Shown piece by piece: positions 1 through 7,443 of a stretch of 64,000 bases of DNA. Under the pieces are notes generated by a model. It did no database searches, was not told the origin of the DNA, and was given only the letters and a program-made list of their open reading frames with translations. The first letter of the stretch is position 1, and each line of letters begins with the position of its first letter. This DNA is from a virus (taxonomy: Duplodnaviria; Caudoviricetes), in IMG/VR virus record IMGVR_UViG_3300031994_000079, positions 8,928-72,927 of that record. One strand, given 5' to 3'. Both the position numbers and the translations under genes were made by a program.

Positions 1-2
1 GT

Positions 3-146
3 GGTAGATATAAGTTATCTATCGAACGGGCGTTCATTTATGCCAATACTTTAGGTGTACATATAGATGATATTTTGACAATATTCTATCCAAAAGAAAT
101 GGAAGAGAATTATGAGATTTATAAAGAGAACTACCCGTTGAAATAG
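3..146 (+). CDS. 5'-truncated XRE/Cro-CI-type HTH protein (C-terminal part)
   Basis: Frame 3 open from window edge: GRYKLSIERAFIYANTLGVHIDDILTIFYP...; fits the C-terminal helices of HTH_3 domains. Confidence 0.55.
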   Translation, partial: GRYKLSIERAFIYANTLGVHIDDILTIFYPKEMEENYEIYKENYPLK

Positions 147-166
147 TGCGAACCTTATGATATACT
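138..166 (+). promoter_or_regulatory. sigmaA-type early promoter, cassette copy 1
   Basis: TTGAAA(138-143)-N17-TATACT(161-166), with extended -10 TG. Confidence 0.75.
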
Positions 167-213
167 GTTCTTGTAGTTAAGAACAGTATATTTTTTTTGA
201 GAGGAGACAAAAA

Positions 214-540
214 GTGGCAGAGATAAGATGGAAAGATAACTTAAAGAGTATAGGTACTGATATACCAGGAGTTGTGCCTAATAATATTTACATGGCTATG
301 TCAAATATTGAGTTTTATACCAAGACCATAAAAGCACTCTTGAAAGTAGGTTGGAGTTATAATGGAGTTGATGGAGTTATATCTGATTTCCATAATAGAA
401 GGGCTATGAATATTAACATGATAGAACAGTATAATAATGGTGAATATATAGTAAAGATTTGGAAAGATGATAGTATTCATCTTTATAATCGTAAAGAATA
501 TCTATGGAACAGATATAAAATAAGAAAGGAGAAAATATGA
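214..540 (+). CDS. hypothetical protein
   Basis: 108-aa ORF, GAGGAG RBS, just downstream of promoter. Confidence 0.75.
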   Translation: MAEIRWKDNLKSIGTDIPGVVPNNIYMAMSNIEFYTKTIKALLKVGWSYNGVDGVISDFHNRRAMNINMIEQYNNGEYIVKIWKDDSIHLYNRKEYLWNRYKIRKEKI

Positions 541-680
541 CTTTTCGGGAATGGTTAGATGAAACATTTTATCCGGGCTTTGATGCTGATGGATTAAGTG
601 ACGAGGAATATTATGAATTAGAGGATGCCTATTATGAATACAGAAAGGAGAATGGTGATGGAAATGATTACTACGCCTAA
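537..680 (+). CDS. small very acidic protein (47 aa)
   Basis: AGAAAGGAG RBS; MTFREWLDETFYPGFDADGLSDEEYYELEDAYYEYRKENGDGNDYYA; below ORF-track cutoff. Confidence 0.7.
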   Translation: MTFREWLDETFYPGFDADGLSDEEYYELEDAYYEYRKENGDGNDYYA

Positions 681-993
681 CGGCATTGAATATATAACAG
701 ATAATCAGGATGCGGTCGAGCTTGTAAGGAAATATATATCTGATGATATGGCTGATTATGTGGAAAATAAGATAGTGGAGTTTGATGAAGTCGAATGGCG
801 AAATGCACAGGAATGGGCTTCTGACTATCGTGCTATGGAAATGGAAAATGAAGAATGGCGAAATGAGCTGGACGAAATCAACAGCAAGCTCCAGCAGATA
901 ACTTATCAGGCAGATAAACAGCCCGGTATGTCCAAGAGGAAGATATTGAATGAATTGGACCTGATTATAGACCATATTCAAAAATTATTATAA
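652..993 (+). CDS. hypothetical acidic coiled-coil protein
   Basis: ORF 625..993; AGAAAGGAG RBS favours ATG 652. Confidence 0.75.
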   Translation: MVMEMITTPNGIEYITDNQDAVELVRKYISDDMADYVENKIVEFDEVEWRNAQEWASDYRAMEMENEEWRNELDEINSKLQQITYQADKQPGMSKRKILNELDLIIDHIQKLL

Positions 994-1000
994 CTACCGA

Positions 1001-1029
1001 TTGTAATATCAGCGACCATATGCTATAGT
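1001..1029 (+). promoter_or_regulatory. sigmaA-type early promoter, cassette copy 2
   Basis: TTGTAA-N17-TATAGT; 5' leader hairpin GTGTCTGAG(1054-62)/CTCAGACAC(1081-89). Confidence 0.75.
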
Positions 1030-1141
1030 ATAATTGTAAACAACAACAGCAGAGTGTCTGAGGCAGAGCTTAGCGCCTATCTCAGACACAGAAGCCAGAT
1101 AGTTTACAGACCAATAAAGACAATCAAAAGGAGAAAAAAAG

Positions 1142-1423
1142 ATGGCAAAAAAGAAGAACTACTGGTATGTATTGGTAATGACAAACGAAGGGCCGAAGTT
1201 TGTAACTTCGGTCAGCTACATGGATAAGACAGCTCATTGGGATAAGACAGAGAAGCCCTTAGAAATGGACAAAGAGAGAGCAACAGATTTGGCACTTGGG
1301 TTAAATCTCAATATGTATGCCTCATTTGTAGTATGTCAGCCGTTTGAGATTGATAGACAACCCTACAGATATGATATGGGTCATTTTGAGTGGAAAGCAG
1401 AGGAGGTACAGAATGAAGGTTAA
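1142..1423 (+). CDS. hypothetical protein
   Basis: 93-aa ORF with AAAGGAG RBS. Confidence 0.75.
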   Translation: MAKKKNYWYVLVMTNEGPKFVTSVSYMDKTAHWDKTEKPLEMDKERATDLALGLNLNMYASFVVCQPFEIDRQPYRYDMGHFEWKAEEVQNEG

Positions 1424-1742
1424 TAATAGAACACAGAAAGCACAGGAACTTATCCATGATATGTTCAGTACCTATTATAGGGGAAAGACATTATATGATG
1501 TATATGGCAAGTGTAGTGCCAAGAAGAAAAACTCATGGGAAGCCATCAAGAGAGATTGTGAGAGACTTGGTGGTGAGGATTTGCATATCGTAGGTGCTAA
1601 TTGTTATAATTATTCCTGTATATATGCATATCCTATCACAGATACAGAGACAGGGGAAATTACGGATATGGTAATCAGAAAAGAGACTGCCAGTAATACC
1701 TATGAGCTAACATTACCGATAGCAGAATATAATAAACATTGA
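1413..1742 (+). CDS. hypothetical protein
   Basis: GAGGAGG RBS before ATG 1413; overlaps upstream stop. Confidence 0.7.
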   Translation: MKVNNRTQKAQELIHDMFSTYYRGKTLYDVYGKCSAKKKNSWEAIKRDCERLGGEDLHIVGANCYNYSCIYAYPITDTETGEITDMVIRKETASNTYELTLPIAEYNKH

Positions 1743-1750
1743 GAAATACA

Positions 1751-1776
1751 GGCTGTCAAAAATGGCAGCCTTTTTT
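1751..1776 (+). terminator. intrinsic terminator
   Basis: GGCTGTC-AAAAAT-GGCAGCC then T6. Confidence 0.8.
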
Positions 1777-1790
1777 GGCTCTATTGACCA

Positions 1791-1804
1791 GGTTGGTACC
1801 TACC
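1791..1804. repeat. GG-NN-GG-NN-CC-NN-CC palindrome copy
   Basis: GGTTGGTACCTACC; other copies at 4517, 5396 (1 mismatch), 5462, 5504, 6210, 6717. Confidence 0.75.
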
Positions 1805-1850
1805 AGCGAACTCAGTCAGTCAATGGTAAAAAATTTTTCAGAACTGCCGA

Positions 1851-1879
1851 TTGAAAAGTGCTGAACCATATGCTATACT
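1851..1879 (+). promoter_or_regulatory. sigmaA-type early promoter, cassette copy 3
   Basis: TTGAAA-N17-TATACT preceded by ACTGCCGA. Confidence 0.75.
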
Positions 1880-1923
1880 GTACTTGTAAATGAAAACAAG
1901 CAGTATTAGAAAGGAGATATGTT

Positions 1924-2196
1924 ATGGCAAAGTTATATAGAAATAAAGAGGGACAGAAGCTATATCCAGTATGTTCATGGGAGAAGAATCAGCACAAGCT
2001 GTACAATGCCTATGATAGGGCTTTGATTTGGTGCTATGATACAGATTGGAGCGAGGAAGCCATGAATGAGCGTGACAGAGTGGAGCAGGCAATATCGGCT
2101 TTTGATAGTTGCGTTATCAATGGTCTTGTATATGCTACCTATCAGATGGGTCAGATAATCAAGGACATTATATGGGCATATGATGCTCGCCACTAA
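1924..2196 (+). CDS. hypothetical protein
   Basis: 90-aa ORF with AGAAAGGAG RBS. Confidence 0.75.
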   Translation: MAKLYRNKEGQKLYPVCSWEKNQHKLYNAYDRALIWCYDTDWSEEAMNERDRVEQAISAFDSCVINGLVYATYQMGQIIKDIIWAYDARH

Positions 2197-2210
2197 GAAA
2201 GGAGAATACT

Positions 2211-2417
2211 ATGAAATTTTATGTGGATGAATGTGTTGGTTGTAGTAGTATGGGACTGCCTTGTTTAGGCAGTTCATGCCCTAATAGAAATGCAGTACAT
2301 TGGCGGTGTGATGGATGCGGTGATGAAGATGTGCCGTTGTATGAGTTTGAGGATAAAGAATTATGTATGGGTTGTATTGAGCAGTCATTAACCCAGGTGA
2401 ATGAAGGAGTGTGGTAA
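2211..2417 (+). CDS. Cys-rich putative zinc-binding protein
   Basis: CxxC, CxxC and further Cys clusters; AGAAAGGAG RBS. Confidence 0.65.
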   Translation: MKFYVDECVGCSSMGLPCLGSSCPNRNAVHWRCDGCGDEDVPLYEFEDKELCMGCIEQSLTQVNEGVW

Positions 2418-2418
2418 T

Positions 2419-2601
2419 ATGATATTGAGAGATTTTGGTATGATGTGTAATGAATCCATAAACATATTGGTTATCAATCAAGAAGGTCGGGTTATTGATA
2501 TGTATGACGGCAAGAACTCTATAATGGATAAGTTTCTTGAAAGGGAAATAGATAAGATTATAAGGGTTACCTTTAATACAATTTGGGTGCAAGTTTTTTA
2601 A
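2419..2601 (+). CDS. hypothetical protein
   Basis: AAGGAG RBS before ATG 2419. Confidence 0.6.
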   Translation: MILRDFGMMCNESINILVINQEGRVIDMYDGKNSIMDKFLEREIDKIIRVTFNTIWVQVF

Positions 2602-2610
2602 TACTGCCGA

Positions 2611-2639
2611 TTGTAAATGTCTGTACCTCATGTTATAAT
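2611..2639 (+). promoter_or_regulatory. sigmaA-type early promoter, cassette copy 4
   Basis: TTGTAA-N17-TATAAT preceded by ACTGCCGA. Confidence 0.75.
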
Positions 2640-2684
2640 GTACTTGTAAGTAAGAACAGCACTGAGGTGCAGACAGAAGGAGAT

Positions 2685-2984
2685 ATGGAAATGACAGTAA
2701 AGAAATGGATAAGTCGAGACAAAGTTAGGGAAATGTGTATCAGGTATAATTACTACACACGAGGTGATTGTAGAGCCTATGATGTGATGCTTGCCACAGC
2801 AAAAAATCTTGACCCAGAAGATTATGTGGGATTGCTTACAGTAGCCAATGATATTTACAACCATAGCAGTATTCAGGATGATGCAGAGTATTCCAGAAAG
2901 GATATGATAGAGGGTCTTGTATATGGTCTGCTTACAGAATGTGTGGAAATGTATGTAGAAGTGGAAGAAGGTGAAGTAGCATGA
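2685..2984 (+). CDS. hypothetical protein
   Basis: AGAAGGAG RBS before ATG 2685. Confidence 0.7.
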   Translation: MEMTVKKWISRDKVREMCIRYNYYTRGDCRAYDVMLATAKNLDPEDYVGLLTVANDIYNHSSIQDDAEYSRKDMIEGLVYGLLTECVEMYVEVEEGEVA

Positions 2985-3154
2985 CACAGTATATGGTACA
3001 CGATTTCTATTCCGAATCAGTAGTATTTCGAGGCACTGAGCAAGAGTGCCTCGAATACATAAACCAGAATGATGGTAAAAATCATATGGAACTTGAATTG
3101 TATTGGGCAAACCCGGGTGACAGATATTATAAGGAGGTAGAGGAAGATGACTGA
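2981..3154 (+). CDS. small acidic hypothetical protein (57 aa)
   Basis: ATGA overlap with upstream stop; MTQYMVHDFYSESVVFRGTEQECLEYIN... Confidence 0.6.
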   Translation: MTQYMVHDFYSESVVFRGTEQECLEYINQNDGKNHMELELYWANPGDRYYKEVEEDD

Positions 3155-3290
3155 ATATAGGTCAGCAATAGTAGATGAATGTGGTTGTGTTATGTTTTGG
3201 TGTGATGAGCTTCAGGATGAGGACCAGATAGAATGTATATTAGAGGGTCATCCCGAATGGAGCAGAAAATGTATATGCATAGGAGGTTGA
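3147..3290 (+). CDS. small Cys-rich acidic protein (47 aa)
   Basis: AAGGAGG RBS; MTEYRSAIVDECGCVMFWCDELQDEDQIECILEGHPEWSRKCICIGG. Confidence 0.6.
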   Translation: MTEYRSAIVDECGCVMFWCDELQDEDQIECILEGHPEWSRKCICIGG

Positions 3291-3294
3291 TATA

Positions 3295-3561
3295 ATGCAC
3301 GGATGTTCTGATTGTAGGTATTGTAAATGTTACCCTGGTGATTATTGGACACCAGATGATTATGAGTGTACTTCCAATGTTTGGGATAGAATAGATGTTG
3401 ATGAGGAAGTCGTAGAAAAAGTTTGGTGTGATTGCGAAGAATGGAATGATAATGAAGAACCATTATGTCCCGGTTGGGAAGAAGCGCCAACACCAGAAGA
3501 TGAGTATTGGGACAGATATGCATGGGAAGAAAATCATTATGATAAGGATAAGGTAGATTGA
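3295..3561 (+). CDS. Cys-rich highly acidic protein
   Basis: 88 aa, AGGAGG RBS, many D/E/W/C. Confidence 0.7.
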   Translation: MHGCSDCRYCKCYPGDYWTPDDYECTSNVWDRIDVDEEVVEKVWCDCEEWNDNEEPLCPGWEEAPTPEDEYWDRYAWEENHYDKDKVD

Positions 3562-3571
3562 AAGGAGAATA

Positions 3572-3892
3572 ATGATGAGAGAGGAATATTTAAGCGAAAT
3601 TAAAAAGTTGGCTATAGGTCTTATGGAAAGAGGTATACAGTTTGAGTTCCGTAAAATATTTGAAGGTTATCAAATATTAGTATACGAACCTACAGGTAAT
3701 CCTTATGATATATCAGATAAGCTGGTAAGAAAATGGGATGCAGTAATTCATGGGGGTAGTTATGGACATGAATACGGAAAATTAGAAATAATGGGTGACC
3801 TGGTAGATAAGACAAAGACCGATGATGACGTAGAAGGGTGGTTAACAGCAGAGGAGATATTGAAAAGAGTGGATAAGGAGATAAAAGAATGA
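3572..3892 (+). CDS. hypothetical protein
   Basis: 106-aa ORF, GAAAGGAG RBS. Confidence 0.75.
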   Translation: MMREEYLSEIKKLAIGLMERGIQFEFRKIFEGYQILVYEPTGNPYDISDKLVRKWDAVIHGGSYGHEYGKLEIMGDLVDKTKTDDDVEGWLTAEEILKRVDKEIKE

Positions 3893-4041
3893 GAGAATGG
3901 GCAGTTTATAGTTCCAACACAGGAGCATGTTTAGGAGGTATAGGATATTCCTCAGATGAGATATCCGAAGAAGATGCTTATGAGATAGCTGAGGAAATGT
4001 ATAGTGAGGATGTTTATGTAGCAGAGCGCCAGTATTTTTAA
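3889..4041 (+). CDS. small acidic protein (50 aa)
   Basis: AAGGAG RBS; MREWAVYSSNTGACLGGIGYSSDEISEEDAYEIAEEMYSEDVYVAERQYF. Confidence 0.65.
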   Translation: MREWAVYSSNTGACLGGIGYSSDEISEEDAYEIAEEMYSEDVYVAERQYF

Positions 4042-4054
4042 ATACCAATTACCA

Positions 4055-4083
4055 TTTGAGGAAGACTAAAAATCTTCCTCAAA
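4055..4083 (+). terminator. terminator-like perfect hairpin
   Basis: TTTGAGGAAGA-7 nt-TCTTCCTCAAA right after the last ORF of the operon. Confidence 0.7.
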
Positions 4084-4440
4084 TTTATATATGCAGGCAT
4101 ATACCAAAAGCAGAAATTTTAAAAAATCGGCGGGTAAGAAAGAACGAGACACCTACCAATCCATTCATATCAATCCCATTCATATAAAAGAAATCAAACA
4201 CCTCGGCGGTATAGAAGAACGCAATCCTCTACCTATATATTCAATAATACTAATATAACCAATATAAGAAAATACACCAATATAAGTAGATACCACATGC
4301 CAATATACCAGTATGTCTACTGGTACCAACCACAATTGATACCCGTAATTAGTGCCAACCACAATTATATAAATTGTATATATTTTCATGAATATTATAC
4401 AATTTTCAGATAATTCTATACAGTTGTAGTATCGCTCATA

Positions 4441-4478
4441 TGAACACATGTTCAAGTGTTCACACGAACATATGTTCG
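4441..4478. promoter_or_regulatory. two LexA/DinR (SOS, Cheo) box-like sites
   Basis: TGAACACATGTTCA (4441-54) and CGAACATATGTTCG (4465-78, exact match to CGAACRNRYGTTCG), intergenic. Confidence 0.55.
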
Positions 4479-4694
4479 AGCTTGGAATGCAGTATCCATG
4501 CGACTTCCAGCGATTTGGTGGGTGCCTACCTGATGGTAAAAGCGGCAGGTACCGAACGGAAATTCGTCAAAAAAGGCGAAAAAAATTAAAAAAAGTTTGT
4601 ATTACCCATATACAAACGTGTTAGTGTATGTTATAATGTATACATAGTTAAGAGATACGCACAACAGAGTGCAGTCACGAAAGGAGAATATAAT

Positions 4695-5249
4695 ATGGAA
4701 AACAAGACAGCAAAGAAAGTAGTAGCAAAGGCAGTAGATAAGAAGGAAGTTAAGAAGTTCGATTATAAGGCAGTAGCAGAGAGCTTTGAGGCAGCGTTCA
4801 AGAATGACGCCAGAGTAACAGTTATAGCTGATACCAAGCTCGAAAACCCTAAGTCCAATACATATAGTGACTATACATATGTCCACTTTTTCAAGTCTGG
4901 GACGCAGAAAGATATGTTTGGATGCTATCTTATAGGAAAGGGCAGAACGAGATTTGCTCTTAGCCTTGCAGTAGCAGAATATATCAAGGGATTGCCTGTA
5001 CAGCCTGTAGAGAAGAAGATTAAGGGCGAAAAGAAGCTGGTAGCAATAGATGTTATATGCGCCAATGAGGATGCTGTGAATGTCGCCAACACCATTATAG
5101 AAGCATACGCCAGCATTCCTGTTAAGTCTAAGAAGGAGATAGCTGAGAAGTCAGAGCCTAAGAAAGAGAAGAAACCTGCTACCAGTAAGAAGGCGACAGT
5201 AGCAAAGCATCCCGCAAAGGCAACAGAGAAGAAGGCAGTAAATAAGTAA
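4695..5249 (+). CDS. Lys/Ala-rich hypothetical protein (histone-like termini)
   Basis: 184 aa, GAAAGGAG RBS, extended -10 TGTTATAAT at 4629-37. Confidence 0.8.
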   Translation: MENKTAKKVVAKAVDKKEVKKFDYKAVAESFEAAFKNDARVTVIADTKLENPKSNTYSDYTYVHFFKSGTQKDMFGCYLIGKGRTRFALSLAVAEYIKGLPVQPVEKKIKGEKKLVAIDVICANEDAVNVANTIIEAYASIPVKSKKEIAEKSEPKKEKKPATSKKATVAKHPAKATEKKAVNK

Positions 5250-5282
5250 TTATCCACAGTTTGCATAGTGTATCTCTTTACA

Positions 5283-5317
5283 GGAGAGGGTCTTGTCAAC
5301 CCTCTCCACTTTCTTTT
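5283..5317 (+). terminator. intrinsic terminator
   Basis: GGAGAGGG...CCCTCTCC then T-rich tract. Confidence 0.75.
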
Positions 5318-5630
5318 GGCCAATATATATACGCTGGTTGGTACCATATATCAATTTCCCCATTGTGCAAGGTGCACAAAAGCTGGAGGTCGCATGGTTG
5401 GTGACTTCCAAGTGTTCTTGTCCATAGTAGTGTTGGCCAGCCCCCATGTGGATATAAAAATGGATGGTGCCTGCCAATTTTCCTTCGTCAATTTGCACAA
5501 AAAGGCGGGTACCTGCCAAGTAACAAAAAAAGTTTCATATACCACTGTTCATAACTCTATACCTTTGATATACTATACTTGTAAGCAATTACACTTACAG
5601 ACAGCACATGACCAGAAAGGAGATACAGAC

Positions 5631-5747
5631 ATGAAACTAAAGTACAAGATTTACCAGCTTAGATGTAAGCTCGCTAACAAGCCCGATATTGACTACATTG
5701 AGTTTGTTGCCAGAACGATATTTATAAGGGGAGGGGTAAGAGTATGA
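5631..5747 (+). CDS. small basic protein (38 aa)
   Basis: AGAAAGGAG RBS before ATG 5631. Confidence 0.55.
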   Translation: MKLKYKIYQLRCKLANKPDIDYIEFVARTIFIRGGVRV

Positions 5748-5880
5748 GCCAGATAATAAGAAGCATAGAGACTTCCACAGCAAATATGCTGAAAGCCGAA
5801 AAAGAGAGATATATCCGTGAATTATATATAGCCGGAATTATAACAGCAACCGAGTATTCAATATTGAAAGGAGAGGTATT

Positions 5881-6015
5881 ATGAATATTTTTGAATTTAC
5901 CACTTATGAAGAAGCCATCAATGCTTTTATAGAACAGACAGGAGGATATGTAGAAAATCCTGAAGATTATATAATGTTTGATGGTGAAGTATATTGGTAT
6001 AAGATGAATGCATAG
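5881..6015 (+). CDS. small acidic protein (44 aa)
   Basis: GAAAGGAGAGG RBS; MNIFEFTTYEEAINAFIEQTGGYVENPEDY... Confidence 0.65.
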   Translation: MNIFEFTTYEEAINAFIEQTGGYVENPEDYIMFDGEVYWYKMNA

Positions 6016-6029
6016 AAAGGAGAATTATT

Positions 6030-6167
6030 ATGAGTAAGGAATTAGAGAGAGCATTGGAGACAGAGCAGTTTGATAATATGGAATATCATATAATAGACAG
6101 CCTCGATATATATGAGGAACTTTCTGATAGATATGCCGATTATATATCATCCAGTGATTACGAGTGA
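6030..6167 (+). CDS. small acidic protein (45 aa)
   Basis: AGAAAGGAG RBS; MSKELERALETEQFDNMEYHIIDSLDIYEELSDRYADYISSSDYE. Confidence 0.65.
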   Translation: MSKELERALETEQFDNMEYHIIDSLDIYEELSDRYADYISSSDYE

Positions 6168-6171
6168 GGGT

Positions 6172-6196
6172 AGGGAGCGAAAGCTCCCTTCTTTTT
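6172..6196 (+). terminator. intrinsic terminator (GAAA tetraloop)
   Basis: AGGGAGC-GAAA-GCTCCCT-TCTTTTT. Confidence 0.85.
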
Positions 6197-6209
6197 AAGC
6201 GTTAGTATA

Positions 6210-6223
6210 GGTAGGTACCTACC
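6210..6223. repeat. perfect 14-bp palindrome GGTAGGTACCTACC
   Basis: Lies between terminator and next promoter (-10 TGTTATAAT near 6268). Confidence 0.8.
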
Positions 6224-6329
6224 GAGCGAAATTTTTTTGAGTTGCCACTATCATTATGTTATCATTATGTTATAATATAATTGTAAACAAAAACAGCTTG
6301 ACGCACAGCGCCAGAAAGTGAGAGTAAAT

Positions 6330-6560
6330 ATGTCTGAAAAAATTTTCTATTATGCTATGAACAATGATGCCTATGTAGTTATGCCTGAAGAAGATTATAA
6401 TACCGTCAATGAATTGATTGATATGAATGCCGAAGTTCTTGATGCTTATGATGAGAACCTTATAGCAGAGATACCTGATGAGTTTTATATTAGAGAGCGC
6501 CAGATTCAGAAGTTATTAAATATGACCGATGATGAATTTGCCATGTGCATATTATATTAG
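6330..6560 (+). CDS. highly acidic hypothetical protein
   Basis: 76 aa from ATG 6330, D/E-rich. Confidence 0.65.
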   Translation: MSEKIFYYAMNNDAYVVMPEEDYNTVNELIDMNAEVLDAYDENLIAEIPDEFYIRERQIQKLLNMTDDEFAMCILY

Positions 6561-6580
6561 AGAGCCTGATGGCTCTTTTT
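6561..6580 (+). terminator. intrinsic terminator
   Basis: AGAGCC-TGAT-GGCTCT-TTTT. Confidence 0.7.
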
Positions 6581-6853
6581 ATATACGGGATATTGCCTTT
6601 GATGCCATTTGGAAGAAACTATCCAGAAAATATATACGCGGTAGGATATAACCAGAAAAATTTAAAATTTATATACGGCTGGTCCATTCCTGAGAAGTTT
6701 AAAAATATATACACTTGGTTGGCGCCAGCCCCGCATTTTGAAAAATTGCGAGGGCAATGTTTCACGCATGTTTCACGAAGTCGAACATTCATTTGTTGTT
6801 ATTATGCACAAAAACAGTGCTGATTCTTTGTACAATATTTTTGCGTTCTGTGC

Positions 6854-6882
6854 TTGACTATAATAACATTATCACTTATAAT
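6854..6882 (+). promoter_or_regulatory. near-consensus sigmaA promoter inside island
   Basis: TTGACT-N17-TATAAT. Confidence 0.85.
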
Positions 6883-6946
6883 AGATAATGTAAAGAGAAC
6901 ACAGCAACTTGCAAGCTGATAAGCAAGTAAAAAACAGCTCAAGACT

Positions 6947-7393
6947 ATGACAAACACAAAGAAAGCGAATAAGACCACGTTTGAAACTATCAACGCAGTA
7001 GTAAAAGACTTTTCAAATATCTTTACACTTCAAAACAATGAAGTCAATCAATATGCAAGAGTATGTTTTACAGATACATTTAAAAAAGATTATTACAATT
7101 TAATGAGAGATTTCGCTATTTATTATGATAGAAAAGATAGTTATAAAATCAGCATTTCCGACAAGTATTTAACCGCGACACAGTGTAAAGATTTCAAGTC
7201 AACGCATGAAAAGTCAGATAAAACGAAAGCACTTGAGTTTAGTGTAAAAGCTGATAGCATTAAAGATGTAATATTAGAGCTTGTAGCAATTAAGTTATTA
7301 CAGACTAACAAAATCGTTGAATACACGAAAGTTAAAATTAAGACAACGACAGCAAACAAGCGTTCGAATAAGAAAAAAGAGCAAACAGCATAA
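6947..7393 (+). CDS. basic hypothetical protein lacking Gly, Pro and Trp
   Basis: 148-aa ORF between strong promoter and terminator; no GG-containing SD. Confidence 0.75.
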   Translation: MTNTKKANKTTFETINAVVKDFSNIFTLQNNEVNQYARVCFTDTFKKDYYNLMRDFAIYYDRKDSYKISISDKYLTATQCKDFKSTHEKSDKTKALEFSVKADSIKDVILELVAIKLLQTNKIVEYTKVKIKTTTANKRSNKKKEQTA

Positions 7394-7410
7394 CAAACAG
7401 ACATTCGAAC

Positions 7411-7443
7411 AGAGCGAACACAAACAAGTGTTCGCTCTTTTTT
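7411..7443 (+). terminator. intrinsic terminator built without GG/CC
   Basis: AGAGCGAACAC-AAACAA-GTGTTCGCTCT then T-run. Confidence 0.85.

Noticed and set aside
23-36. SOS-box match CGAACGGGCGTTCA
   Set aside because: Lies within the HTH coding frame, about 100 bp from the next promoter; may be chance
5268-5630. Long ORF 5268-5747 as annotated in the track
   Set aside because: Upstream part spans a terminator, palindromes and a promoter; only 5631-5747 has an RBS
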